Source: an uncultured virus (IMG/VR IMGVR_UViG_3300020046_001945) (Duplodnaviria; Heunggongvirae; Uroviricota; Caudoviricetes). Taken from it: 64,000 nt of DNA. The stretch's first letter is position 1. Each line of letters begins with the position of its first letter. Below, one piece after another: positions 35,447 to 46,557 of this stretch. The position numbers were made by a program, and so were the translations under genes. The notes beneath the pieces are model-generated. The model had not been told where the DNA came from and did not search any database. It saw only the letters and a program-made list of their open reading frames with translations. Location: the IMG/VR virus record IMGVR_UViG_3300020046_001945; one strand, written 5' to 3'.

Positions 35447-38400
35447 ACAACAACTGCTTGTTTGTCCCCATTAAGAAGAAACTCATTCCCATCATCACAA
35501 GGAGAATAGAAAAAACTATCAGATGTTTGGTCCAAAGACAAATTTGTTTTTCGTATAGATGTGACTTCACCATCAACTAAACCCGAATATGTTGGGACAT
35601 ACAAAACTCGTTTAATTACATTATCTCCATTGGTATTGTCTGATTTTACTGCTCCTAATCTTGGTGTAAATCCAATAGATACATCATCACGTTTTAGATA
35701 TGTCTGACCTACCAATTTTATCATTGTGTCTGATGTTAATGTTTGATATTCTTCAACATATTCATCACCACACCCAACAATATAATCTGAGGCTCCGGAA
35801 CCACCAGATCGTCGGTTACTATTTACATAAAGATTTATTTCTCTCACATCGTTGAATGCGTAATAAAACACACTAACATCGGTCATAATATTTGTTTCAG
35901 CTCTCATCAACAACCTATACCCTTGAGAAAGATATCCAGGAATATCTAAAAGATTGTTTCCAAATTTCCAAGCTTCCGGAGAGGTTAAATCCTTTGCAGT
36001 TGGATTGACCATCAAATAATTAGCGGATTGGATGCTTCCGATTGAAGTTTGTGGCATTCCATTACTCGCATATATCGAACGGCCTGTTGCTCCTCTTGTG
36101 TAGAAAATATATTGGCCACCAACATATTTAACAAGAAGATATACCGAATCCGCTTTTCCTGAAACAGAATCGTGTCTGGCTCTAAACAATTTAATCTTTA
36201 TGAATTGATTTTCGGGGTATTCTGTATTGACATGACGCCCATATGCCAAATTATAACGATATTTTTCAATATTTCCAGTATAACCATCGAGAATAATTTC
36301 ATTAGCTCTCAAAGTTATATTTGATTGTGTATTACATTCTTTGGCATCTATTAAAATATTCTTAGATAAGATTGTTGTCTTTTCAATTCCACAAGCACCA
36401 ATAACAATTGTGTTGTTTTCTGAAGCTTTAGCACCAGCTCCAATCGCTGTTGAATTTATTCCGGTGATTTGAATATCTTTACCAAACGCATATGAAGATG
36501 CTGCAGTTATTTTATTATTCGAACCAACAGCCACCGATTCGGAAGCATTTACGGTATTATAATTTCCAAGAACCAATGATCTTGGTGCATTTGTTATGTT
36601 GTTCAAATTACCAAAAATAGAAGCATAGAATGAACCAACATTTGTATTATCACTACCAATAACATGCGAACGATAAGCATTTGTAACTGAGTTGTTGTTA
36701 CCTATAGCCAATGTTATATCAGAATTAGTTATTGTATTTTTTGTTCCTGTTACATATGAATAGTCCGCATCTGTCAACGAATTCCAAGAACCTTTAACAT
36801 GAGACATTTTTGAATTTGACAAAGTATTCTTAGCACCAATAACCGAACCAAATCCAGAATTAGTTTCAACAGTATTCAAATATCCAAGGATGAAGGACGC
36901 CTGAGAACTGGTCTTGTTCATTGGACCCGCTACAAATGAATGTAGAGCTTCCCCAAAGGCTGATGTGCCTTGCCCATAAACAAATGACGCCATCGCATTG
37001 TTATACGTCCGAACATACTTGTCAATTGTGTAATTTGATTCAGCAACATTTGAATCTGGAGCCGATGTCCCATTCCAAGTTTTTGTTGTATATCCCGGAA
37101 TAACAACAAGTGTATTTCCACCACCTTCTCCATAAATGTAAGGAGAACCAAATGTAAATGAACCATGTGCGCTTACATCTGCCAAAGCTAATCCACCATA
37201 AACATATGATAGAATTGCGTTTGCGGAAGTATATTGTCCATGTGATTGTGAAAGTATTCCGCTGGCAATTGTGCTCAAACCTGTGGCAAGTGAAAGAATG
37301 TTCAAAGCGGATGTCGCCATACCCAATGAAGTATTTCCGGTTCCATAAGAAACTGTATTCAATCCAAAAGCTACGTTTCCGTTTCCTTTTGCTAATGTTT
37401 GGATGTTGGCTGCGAAGTTACCACCCGCAAGCTGACCTGTAATTCCATTAAACCAATTTTGTAGAGAAGATGGCGAACCATTTCCTGGAAATGTTGAATT
37501 ACTTTCTGTTATTGCAGATGTTCGGAATCCATATGCGAAGTTCATGCCTTCTGAAGGATTTCCGTAATACATAGTAAACATATCTTCTGAAGAAGCTACC
37601 GAACCAAAACCACCAGCAAATGAAGCGAAACCAACAGAAGATGTTTGATATCCTAATGAAGTCGAAACTAAACCTTTAGCTAAAGTCTCAACACCAATTG
37701 ATAAAGTATATCCACCACGATTTGATTGGGAATATAATGCGTTAAAATCTGGATTGGTTTGTTGAAAATCTTTATAAGGAGCATCAGAATCTTCAAACCC
37801 AACAGCCGACGCATAACAACCTATAGCTACAGATTTAATTCCTGTTGCTTCGCAATTATATCCTAGTTGAAGAAGAGAATCATCCGGGCAACTTGTATCA
37901 ATATTAAGAACGGCCATTGATGCTGTTGTTGGGAATGATGGATATGGAAGAAAACTTTCAGTCTTAATATTAGTAAATCTCAATTCATCATAAGCTAAAC
38001 GAACTTGGTCTTTCTCAGGGTCTGTGATTGTTAGTTTTGCTCTTGGAACCCAAGAACCAGGGGAAGCTGAAGAAGAGATTACAACATCCCCATCATAATT
38101 CAAAGCATATGCTGATGTTGTGTTTGAAGTTGGGACTCTTGTGAAATAATCCGTATTTACATAAATTGCTTGAGCTTGAGCAGACTGTAACGCAAAGTTA
38201 AGTTCAACGTTTGCTTCAAAAGCATTTAGACTTCCGGCTGTGTCAGATTTTACTTGTGGAGTATCAAAAACAACAATAGCGAAAAGAGTTGGGTTGTATG
38301 GAGAACCAACAACGCCGGGGTCAGCGTAGCCAAATTGATTTACTCTTGTTGCGTAAATGGCAAGCATGTTGAATTTGAATGAGCCTGTTCCTGCTGGAAT

Positions 38401-38988
38401 TCTGCATTTGTAATTACCCGAAGCTGTTCCTGAAGTAGATTGATTTGGAGAATAGGACGTAACTCTGAAAAGGTTTTTGTAATTCCAATTGTTAGTTACG
38501 CCTGAAAGAGGGTTCCAAGAATTTACAGAAGCTCCATTTAATGTGGTATAAGAACCAGTTGCTGAAAGTGAACCATTTGATACATTTGAAAACCCTACAG
38601 CCGAAACTTGATTTTGTAGAACCTTGCCATTAAGAATGTTGACTTTATTGTCTGCGTTTCTTTGACGAGTATTTGTGAACAATGGACCAGAACCAAGAAC
38701 ACCTGCAAGATAAAGAGAATTGAAATTCGCTATGTTGTAAGAACCTTGTCCAGATAGTTCTGGATTGTTATAAATCTTTTCCAAAGCCGACAACGAATTG
38801 TGTGTAGCTGATGAATAATTTAATGAACTGATACTTAAAGCAGACGTATCACATATAGTTTTATCAATGCGAAAATCATACATTGGTAAGAAATATGTTA
38901 ATGCGAAATATGGGCCAAGGCTACCTGCGGAAGTAACCGAAGATAACCCTGCTGAACAAATATAAGTTACACCGTTTAAGCTTGACAT
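35443..38988 (-). CDS. tail fibre/baseplate protein with YadA-head-like repeats
   Basis: about 14-aa repeats such as S.A.G..T.A.G and S.VIG..N; located in the baseplate cluster. Confidence 0.7.
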   Translation of the reverse strand: MSSLNGVTYICSAGLSSVTSAGSLGPYFALTYFLPMYDFRIDKTICDTSALSISSLNYSSATHNSLSALEKIYNNPELSGQGSYNIANFNSLYLAGVLGSGPLFTNTRQRNADNKVNILNGKVLQNQVSAVGFSNVSNGSLSATGSYTTLNGASVNSWNPLSGVTNNWNYKNLFRVTSYSPNQSTSGTASGNYKCRIPAGTGSFKFNMLAIYATRVNQFGYADPGVVGSPYNPTLFAIVVFDTPQVKSDTAGSLNAFEANVELNFALQSAQAQAIYVNTDYFTRVPTSNTTSAYALNYDGDVVISSSASPGSWVPRAKLTITDPEKDQVRLAYDELRFTNIKTESFLPYPSFPTTASMAVLNIDTSCPDDSLLQLGYNCEATGIKSVAIGCYASAVGFEDSDAPYKDFQQTNPDFNALYSQSNRGGYTLSIGVETLAKGLVSTSLGYQTSSVGFASFAGGFGSVASSEDMFTMYYGNPSEGMNFAYGFRTSAITESNSTFPGNGSPSSLQNWFNGITGQLAGGNFAANIQTLAKGNGNVAFGLNTVSYGTGNTSLGMATSALNILSLATGLSTIASGILSQSHGQYTSANAILSYVYGGLALADVSAHGSFTFGSPYIYGEGGGNTLVVIPGYTTKTWNGTSAPDSNVAESNYTIDKYVRTYNNAMASFVYGQGTSAFGEALHSFVAGPMNKTSSQASFILGYLNTVETNSGFGSVIGAKNTLSNSKMSHVKGSWNSLTDADYSYVTGTKNTITNSDITLAIGNNNSVTNAYRSHVIGSDNTNVGSFYASIFGNLNNITNAPRSLVLGNYNTVNASESVAVGSNNKITAASSYAFGKDIQITGINSTAIGAGAKASENNTIVIGACGIEKTTILSKNILIDAKECNTQSNITLRANEIILDGYTGNIEKYRYNLAYGRHVNTEYPENQFIKIKLFRARHDSVSGKADSVYLLVKYVGGQYIFYTRGATGRSIYASNGMPQTSIGSIQSANYLMVNPTAKDLTSPEAWKFGNNLLDIPGYLSQGYRLLMRAETNIMTDVSVFYYAFNDVREINLYVNSNRRSGGSGASDYIVGCGDEYVEEYQTLTSDTMIKLVGQTYLKRDDVSIGFTPRLGAVKSDNTNGDNVIKRVLYVPTYSGLVDGEVTSIRKTNLSLDQTSDSFFYSPCDDGNEFLLNGDKQAVVV

Positions 38989-39012
38989 TAATGCCTCTTT
39001 AATTTACAAGAG

Positions 39013-39018
39013 TATTTA
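39013..39018 (-). promoter_or_regulatory. late promoter core TAAATA
   Basis: upstream of ATG 38988, with GAGG RBS. Confidence 0.6.
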
Positions 39019-39032
39019 TGTCATTAACTTTA

Positions 39033-42000
39033 TTACGGCATTTGGTTCTTAATAATCATATTTCCTTCCAGTTGATATCTTGCGTCAACATAAACCGGAG
39101 GAGCAACAACATCATATTTGCCAATCAATCCTTCAAACACAACATTAGCTGGACGAATAGCTTCGAAACTCTTATAGACAGAAGATAGAACTTGCTCGCT
39201 ACCATAAATGTTTTCCAAAGATGTGTTGTTAATATCAATAGAAACATACATATGAGGAGTTGGGAATCTATCATTGGTCATACCATTTGAGACATAAGTT
39301 CCTGGAGGAATGTTGTTTATAACCCAATCAGAAACATAGTCGTTTGTGTAAACTTCTAACAAATCTCCAAACAAACCAAATGACAACAGCAATGTCTTTA
39401 TAGCATTTCTGGTCGTTTTGATTGAATACCAGTTAGGAAGATTTCTAACAACGAATCTCAACGCTTTCTTTTTATATTCATTGAACACTGGTTCGCCGTT
39501 TATAATATCCGGACCATCTGCATAAGCCGAACTATTTGGATTTGAAACGAAACCACCAAGTTCACTCTTATTAACATCAACATTATACCCCAGATAATTT
39601 GCGAAGAATTGAATGTAATCAAGTTCCATAGTATCAGGGTCGTGGAGGTTTCTCAATCTATTTGTTTTTTCAAGAACACCCAACGAACATGGTTTATCAA
39701 GATTTGTATAAATTGTGTTCAAATATCCTTCAAAGAAAGATGTTAGAGTTAACAATTCAGATTCTCTACCACTATTATCAAAAGCAAGATGGTTCGGAAG
39801 ATAGTTTGTTAGATTTATCTTTCGGCCATCACAAGCAAATATGTAATTGTTTACTTGATATGTTGCTGAATTTGATAGAATGTTCATAGCTGACAAAGAA
39901 ACACTGCCAGTTGCCGAAACACTAACAACTACTTGATATAGTTTGTTATCATTCAGCGAAGTTACTGATTGGAGAGTTCCATTTGTAACACCAATAGTAG
40001 CCGAAAGAATTCCAAACATACTATCAGAAACATTAAATGTGGTTTCGATTGTTTCTCCATAATCAACAACCAAAGTTTCTGGAGTTGAGCTAACATAAGT
40101 TATTGTTGGATATGACTCTATCCCAATCGAATTAACAACAATAACTATTGGAGCAGAATATGAATACGCCCCAAGAGTATCAGTAGATTTGGAAATTATC
40201 GTATGACTTCCAACACCAAGAACCGATGATGGTATTGTAATAGTTCCATTGTTAACAGTTCCAATAAATATCAAACTACCATTTACAACTTCATAAACTT
40301 CAACAACACTTATTGTAGCCGGATTTGGAGTAGTCCCTGAAGCACTAATTGTAATAAATGCAGAAGTATCATATGTTGGAGCATTAGCCGAAACTTCCGA
40401 AATAGTCTCTTGAATAATATTAACTAACGAAACTGGAGATGACGCAGACAATCCGGTTGAATCATAAACATTAGCTTTAAGATGAGAAGCCGAAACGGAA
40501 GTTACAAATCTCCACAAATTATTGCTTATTTCTGTAGCAGCGCCAATCACGGTTGAGTTGTTTAGAATATTAACAGCGGAAATATAACCAAAGGTGCTTG
40601 GTGAAACAAGAACATCAACACTATATGGCGTTCCAGACATTATATAAGAATTGTTTGCTGGGCTGGTAATCAAAGCGACAGGGTAACTTGTAACATTTGC
40701 AGAGATTGTTGGAGATATAGACACACAACCATTCTTTGAAATAGTTTTTGCGTAAATTTCCAAAATTCCTTCAGATGCTGGAGTAACAGAACCTTCAAAT
40801 GGAGAGTTTACCGATACAAACACCTTTCCGGAGTTGGCGTAATATTCAACCGAGGAAATGTTGGAATCATTTGAAGAACTCAAAGTCAATGTCATTGGAG
40901 TCATTACTGGATATAGAACAGACGAAGTTGGATTGGTAATTGTGGTTATCAATGCAGCTTGAATTGGATAGAACTCAGTTGTCTTAATAACTTCTCCAAA
41001 CATTGAAGAAGATGTATAAAGAGTTAATGCGGAAGTTCCAATTAAAGCCGAGTATTGAAAATCAAACAACGCGAAATCGTTATCATCCAACGCGCTTGTT
41101 GATATTGTCTGAACCGTATTACCAAATGAATCTTTAACATAAGCTGACAATATTTCTTCATCCGAAAGAATATCGTTTGCGGAGGTTCCATATTCACCAA
41201 CAGAAAATTTCAACCTACCAATTATTCCACCTACAATAACATCATCAGAATCACAAGTAGTTGTTTGGATGCTTGAAATATTACTGATAAACTTTGTTCT
41301 TATTAGCGAAATATATTCAGAGTAGACTTCACATCCACCATTTGTTATTGTTTTTGCTTTTATGTTATATACTCTATCATAAAATAGATTTACAGAAACC
41401 GAATTTGTTGTTGAGTATAACACGTCAATAGAATCTTCTGTTTCTATTATAAATTGTGTCTCTTTTACATCCGAAACATTTAGGGTTGATGACAATATAA
41501 CAGACGAAGCCGAAACAATATAAATTCCGGATATTTCATGTGTGTATGCTGTTGGGAAAATCGTATTAGAAACATTTCCAGTTATTACAGATGGTATAGG
41601 ATAATTGTATGAGAAATTTCCATATTGATTTACACATCTAAATTCAAGATTTGTAGTTCCTTCAATCGGAGATTCCCAAACATATGAAAATCTGTAATTT
41701 GTTCCTTCCTGTATCAAAACCAAATCATCAACATACACAGAATCAGCATATAGTTTTGTAACAAAGATATTGTCTATAAATTGACTTGAGCCAGACAACC
41801 CATCAAATTGAAGTGTTCCATTTATGTTTAGGTTTATTCCACAATTTGAAAAATCTTCCAAATCAACAACCGGACCCAATACATAAAATCTTAACATTTC
41901 ATTTCTGACACACCCTCCAACTGTTCTGGCTTCAACCAAAATGTGTTGAAGCTGCTGCGATGATTCAAACGAAATATATGCGGAACTGTTAACAGCAGCC

Positions 42001-45000
42001 GCAGATATTAATGAAAGTTTATTTCCAAATTCATCACATGTCCAAAAATCTGTAAATGTCGTTTCAGATGAAATAACTGTTGCCGAAAGAAGATGGATAC
42101 CTGCTGAAATAACATTTATTTTTGGATTTACTGCAGCCCCATTTTTTACTCCAAATGCGAAGTTGTTAATAACAGACATATTAGGAGTTTGTCCTGCTGA
42201 AATAGTAAATTCGGTCATTGTAAAATCTGCAGAACTAACAACATCATAAACTACTGCTGATAATGTATGTATTCCTGATGGTGGAGAAGTCCAATCCCAC
42301 AAAAATGTTCCGTTTGTATCAGCAGAAGTTAGTATTGTGGAACCTGACAAAACTCGTACATGACAATTAGAATTGCCATCAATGTCTGATACAATTCCAG
42401 TTACATTCAGAATACCTTCCTGACATACTGGTCCTTGTGGATTTGTAAGAAGAAATGTTGGTAGATTGTTTGCGGAAAGTTTGTGAGATTCTGTTTTTGC
42501 AGAAACCCCATTTATATCTGTAGCACTTGCGTAGATATTGTATTCACCACCAACATTATCAAAATCTGACAATGTCGCTGATACGTTAATAGTTTCTGAC
42601 CAATAAAACCCATTACTTGAAGGGTTTGGTAATATTTTTTCAACTCCGCCCTTCTCCAAGACGAATTTCAAATTGTTTACTACTTGACCACCATTAATAG
42701 TTGCTGATAATGTAACATTTGTATTTTGAATTGTATACAAACCCGAAGTTGGTGGATTTGTTAATGTGATGTTTGGAGCAGAAACTATAGATGAAGGAAT
42801 GGTCAACCCTACAGTTGTAGTTTTTCCAAAATAATCAAATGCCTTGGTAGAAATGGTTGTTGCAGATGAATCTGGATTGTTCCAAATATATTCCCAAGAA
42901 CCAGAAGTATATGAATTTTGGTAGTTGGAGAATGTTGCTTGCCCAAGATATGTTGGACCGGCATATATTTCTATTTTGTTAACAGAATCATTTGAGGTAT
43001 ATCCATTAACTGACAACACATTACCATAATCTCGTTCATAGAAATTACCAGAAAGGGTTATGGGCGTAGTTGTGTTATATGGTCCAGTTGATATATTAAC
43101 ACTAACATTTGGAGAATAATTACCATAGGCCAAAACTTGATTTGACACAGCACTACATCCAAGGACGGTCGCTACTTCAATCTTATAAAAATATTTCTGA
43201 CCTTGGTAAACAATATCAAAAATTTCAATGTTTTTGGTTACTAATCCTGATTCATAAACAAACCAATTCTGAGAATCAATAGATTTGAATATTGTATAAT
43301 TACACATCTCACCATGGATAAAATCAACATTATCAACAACAAAATCAAACAACTTAATTCTTGTGTGTGTATTTGCTATGGAAATATCTGAGCTTGGATA
43401 TTCTCGAGTAATTGTTGGAGTATGTCCGGCAGATAATGTAAATGGAATATCAACAACACTTGAACCATATTCAAAATGGGCTATTAGATTTAATGGAACT
43501 TCATAAGCAACATCTAAATCAGAAGTCCATGTCCCATCTGAATTTACAATTATTGGAGAATTTTCATAATCTCTATTAGGAGAATTCCAAACAGAACCAT
43601 CGTAGAATGAAACTCCACTTGTTGTTGCGGCCCACAAATTACCAAAAGAATCTTTCAACAACCCTCTACCAACATGACTTGATGGAATAGAAATGTTATT
43701 TGTTGAATCGTATACTGTCCAATTTGCGGATGTTGAAATATTAGAATAATCAAAATCAATACCTGTATATTTTACAACACCACCTTCGAATTCCCCAACA
43801 TCACCAACACCAAAACCAAACCATTTATCATTATTAGAATCTATGAAAATTGAATTGGCATATCCGTTTGGTTTGTGAGTTAAATCTCCAGCTAAACCGT
43901 TAGGCCAAGCAGGAGTATTGTAATATGAAATAGTTTCCCAAGCCGAAGTAGATTGGTTATATGTTGAAAGACCACCAATAAAACACACATATATTAATCC
44001 ATTATTATCAACATCAATCTCTCTCGCGTTTGAAGCTGGTGCTGGAGTAGCAAAACTAAAGGTATCTGTCGCTGACGAGTATATAGATAAATTATTATTG
44101 TAATAACCAACATAAACTCCATTCTTACAACCAATAGACCGAGGGTTTGAGTCAGTATTGTATATAGTAACAAATGGGGAATTTAGAGTGTTTCCAGAAA
44201 GTTTGATGATTGAATTTGTGGTTGCCCAAGTCAAACCAATCCAAATGTTATCATCGTCATCAGAATTCATAGAATATATTGAAATATCTGAATAATCAAC
44301 AAGAACCGAATTGCTTCTATCAAACAAATCCCAATCAGACAATGTAAATGAATTCCAATTTAATGTATTAAATCTGAATAGACCAACACCCGAATTTGAG
44401 GAATTGACACCACTGAAGAATATATTGCCGTCAGATTTGATAGCACCAACAATTAGAAAATTTGTTGTTAGAGGTGAATTTTGAGTATTGTAGTTTGTCC
44501 AAATTTTCTGAACGGAATCATATCTCCACAATCCATCACCATATGTAATCAACCACATAACACCCGCAAAATTCTTATCCTCAACCATATCAAACACTGC
44601 TGCTGATGTTGGTAGTTTCAAATCAGAATATTTTATAAATGACGCTGTTGGTGTTGAAGTAGATACATCAACTGTTCCAACAATATTAAGAACATCCGAA
44701 TAACATATAATCCCACCAGTTCCAATATTAACATTCGGTTCTGATGTAATAGTTATATTTACATCCTCTGATAATGTAATGACTCCAAGATCGGATTCAG
44801 CTTTAAGAAATAATGTGTCTGTTGTTTGACCCGAAGACAATGTATACGTTAAAGACCAACCCGTAGATGAATCGTTTGTTAAATTCGAGACAAAAATCGG
44901 CGTTCCTATTAAATCTTTTCTAAATAAAGAAACCGAAACTACTGAACCTCCAGATACATAGCTTGTAGCTGAAACATTGACAGACGTTCCAACAACTACT

Positions 45001-46529
45001 GAATTGGTTTCAGGAGTTTCAAATTTTACATAAGGGGATGGACCTGTTGTGTTTTGAACATTATACGCAATTAGCAATTCTGGACGATTGTTAAAACCAT
45101 CTGCCAAATCCAAACGGCTGGAATTTATCTCATAAACAATATTTGTCGACGCTTCATTAGCATTGGGGTGTAGTTTTACGATAAACCCATAATTCTCTGT
45201 TGGATTTTCTTTCCAATATTGAACAATATCTGTAACATCAAAATCCATATAGAAATGTGCGGATGTTGTTCCTGATGTAAAATTTGTGACTAAATTTGTA
45301 TTACCAATCCACCGACGAACAGTATTGTCAAAATCTCCACCGACACTATTCCAATTTGTTGTTGTTGTAGCATTTGTCCAAGTAGCTTCGTTTTCAACCC
45401 ATTCAGTTGTAACTCTGTGAACAGACGCATGACCATCACCATTTGTATAATTCCAAGCACCACTGGTTGATATAACGTTCAATCTAAGAACAGCGTTTCT
45501 AATAGATGTTGCTGAAACTGGCAATGTGGAAATATCGAACTTAACAAGCGAACGAGTTTTTGATGTTGTTTTAAGAAGAAGCAAATTCTTATCTGCCGCA
45601 TTTGTTAAGATTGGGTTTGGATTTCCTTCAGAAATATAAACCGATTCGTTATTTACAACCGAACCGACAGGAGAGATTTTCATTTGATAGTCGGTCTGTG
45701 GACCAATTCCTGTATCTATGTCTATTCCATAATTGTTGAATTCCGAAACAGCAACCCAAGAAGACCCATTCCATTCTTCCAAAACAAAATACGAATTGTC
45801 AACCGGAATCAGCGAATCTTCCGGAACTGAATACCAAGAAGTAGTTGGAATAGATGATTCAAAAAATGTTCCAGTTTTTTGTTTAATGAAGATAGACGCG
45901 CTCACTACACCGCAAGAAGGAGGAATTGCTTCTGTTGAATTGTATTGAACAATAAACTTGCTATCACATTTCTTCGCAGCAACTCTGTAAGATTCTGTCG
46001 CGGATGTTATAGTAATAGATGGAGCTGGTAACGCAGTGGTTCCGCCGATATAAACTTGTTCTGTATAAGGTATAAACCAAGTTACCGAATATAGATTGTT
46101 TGGAGGTAATTCTGTTAGAACAATATCAAAATAATAATCGGTTCTATTGTTAACCGAAACTGGGGCGATATATGAGTTGTTAGAAGGTATGTTTAATGTA
46201 ACCAATGGTGCGAGTTTAGAACTATCTACCATATTATGATTTACACGGTAAACATACTCTGTCGAATTAAGATTTACAATTCCGGTTTGACCAACTCCTG
46301 GAAAATTAGGAGTAGCTGTATTTGAAACTAATTGAATCTGGCCGTTTGTATTGACTCCGGATGTCAAAGCCAAATCAAAACGGCGATTTTGTGACCACAT
46401 ATAACCAACAACTCTAACTGCCGAAACATTAACGGCAGATGTGTCATTGTTTATAATCTCATAATTTACCGAATAATTTCCAGAATTATAATTGATTCCA
46501 CGACTAACTTTTAGGTCAAGCTTAGACAT
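39033..46529 (-). CDS. giant multidomain baseplate wedge protein (gp7/P2 gpI-like C-terminus)
   Basis: DNRLRE-like domain (RSLVKFD, W.E..ATW, FDVT.IV..W, PEL), propeller repeats (D..GNLW), Ig-like repeats, C-terminal DPD...YIQFFANYLGY...WYSIKTT..AIK.LL..FG; follows gp6. Confidence 0.7.
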   Translation of the reverse strand: MSKLDLKVSRGINYNSGNYSVNYEIINNDTSAVNVSAVRVVGYMWSQNRRFDLALTSGVNTNGQIQLVSNTATPNFPGVGQTGIVNLNSTEYVYRVNHNMVDSSKLAPLVTLNIPSNNSYIAPVSVNNRTDYYFDIVLTELPPNNLYSVTWFIPYTEQVYIGGTTALPAPSITITSATESYRVAAKKCDSKFIVQYNSTEAIPPSCGVVSASIFIKQKTGTFFESSIPTTSWYSVPEDSLIPVDNSYFVLEEWNGSSWVAVSEFNNYGIDIDTGIGPQTDYQMKISPVGSVVNNESVYISEGNPNPILTNAADKNLLLLKTTSKTRSLVKFDISTLPVSATSIRNAVLRLNVISTSGAWNYTNGDGHASVHRVTTEWVENEATWTNATTTTNWNSVGGDFDNTVRRWIGNTNLVTNFTSGTTSAHFYMDFDVTDIVQYWKENPTENYGFIVKLHPNANEASTNIVYEINSSRLDLADGFNNRPELLIAYNVQNTTGPSPYVKFETPETNSVVVGTSVNVSATSYVSGGSVVSVSLFRKDLIGTPIFVSNLTNDSSTGWSLTYTLSSGQTTDTLFLKAESDLGVITLSEDVNITITSEPNVNIGTGGIICYSDVLNIVGTVDVSTSTPTASFIKYSDLKLPTSAAVFDMVEDKNFAGVMWLITYGDGLWRYDSVQKIWTNYNTQNSPLTTNFLIVGAIKSDGNIFFSGVNSSNSGVGLFRFNTLNWNSFTLSDWDLFDRSNSVLVDYSDISIYSMNSDDDDNIWIGLTWATTNSIIKLSGNTLNSPFVTIYNTDSNPRSIGCKNGVYVGYYNNNLSIYSSATDTFSFATPAPASNAREIDVDNNGLIYVCFIGGLSTYNQSTSAWETISYYNTPAWPNGLAGDLTHKPNGYANSIFIDSNNDKWFGFGVGDVGEFEGGVVKYTGIDFDYSNISTSANWTVYDSTNNISIPSSHVGRGLLKDSFGNLWAATTSGVSFYDGSVWNSPNRDYENSPIIVNSDGTWTSDLDVAYEVPLNLIAHFEYGSSVVDIPFTLSAGHTPTITREYPSSDISIANTHTRIKLFDFVVDNVDFIHGEMCNYTIFKSIDSQNWFVYESGLVTKNIEIFDIVYQGQKYFYKIEVATVLGCSAVSNQVLAYGNYSPNVSVNISTGPYNTTTPITLSGNFYERDYGNVLSVNGYTSNDSVNKIEIYAGPTYLGQATFSNYQNSYTSGSWEYIWNNPDSSATTISTKAFDYFGKTTTVGLTIPSSIVSAPNITLTNPPTSGLYTIQNTNVTLSATINGGQVVNNLKFVLEKGGVEKILPNPSSNGFYWSETINVSATLSDFDNVGGEYNIYASATDINGVSAKTESHKLSANNLPTFLLTNPQGPVCQEGILNVTGIVSDIDGNSNCHVRVLSGSTILTSADTNGTFLWDWTSPPSGIHTLSAVVYDVVSSADFTMTEFTISAGQTPNMSVINNFAFGVKNGAAVNPKINVISAGIHLLSATVISSETTFTDFWTCDEFGNKLSLISAAAVNSSAYISFESSQQLQHILVEARTVGGCVRNEMLRFYVLGPVVDLEDFSNCGINLNINGTLQFDGLSGSSQFIDNIFVTKLYADSVYVDDLVLIQEGTNYRFSYVWESPIEGTTNLEFRCVNQYGNFSYNYPIPSVITGNVSNTIFPTAYTHEISGIYIVSASSVILSSTLNVSDVKETQFIIETEDSIDVLYSTTNSVSVNLFYDRVYNIKAKTITNGGCEVYSEYISLIRTKFISNISSIQTTTCDSDDVIVGGIIGRLKFSVGEYGTSANDILSDEEILSAYVKDSFGNTVQTISTSALDDNDFALFDFQYSALIGTSALTLYTSSSMFGEVIKTTEFYPIQAALITTITNPTSSVLYPVMTPMTLTLSSSNDSNISSVEYYANSGKVFVSVNSPFEGSVTPASEGILEIYAKTISKNGCVSISPTISANVTSYPVALITSPANNSYIMSGTPYSVDVLVSPSTFGYISAVNILNNSTVIGAATEISNNLWRFVTSVSASHLKANVYDSTGLSASSPVSLVNIIQETISEVSANAPTYDTSAFITISASGTTPNPATISVVEVYEVVNGSLIFIGTVNNGTITIPSSVLGVGSHTIISKSTDTLGAYSYSAPIVIVVNSIGIESYPTITYVSSTPETLVVDYGETIETTFNVSDSMFGILSATIGVTNGTLQSVTSLNDNKLYQVVVSVSATGSVSLSAMNILSNSATYQVNNYIFACDGRKINLTNYLPNHLAFDNSGRESELLTLTSFFEGYLNTIYTNLDKPCSLGVLEKTNRLRNLHDPDTMELDYIQFFANYLGYNVDVNKSELGGFVSNPNSSAYADGPDIINGEPVFNEYKKKALRFVVRNLPNWYSIKTTRNAIKTLLLSFGLFGDLLEVYTNDYVSDWVINNIPPGTYVSNGMTNDRFPTPHMYVSIDINNTSLENIYGSEQVLSSVYKSFEAIRPANVVFEGLIGKYDVVAPPVYVDARYQLEGNMIIKNQMP

Positions 46530-46547
46530 TAAATACCTCGTTGGAAG

Positions 46548-46553
46548 TATTTA
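46548..46553 (-). promoter_or_regulatory. late promoter core TAAATA
   Basis: upstream of ATG 46529, with GAGG RBS. Confidence 0.6.
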
Positions 46554-46557
46554 GAAG

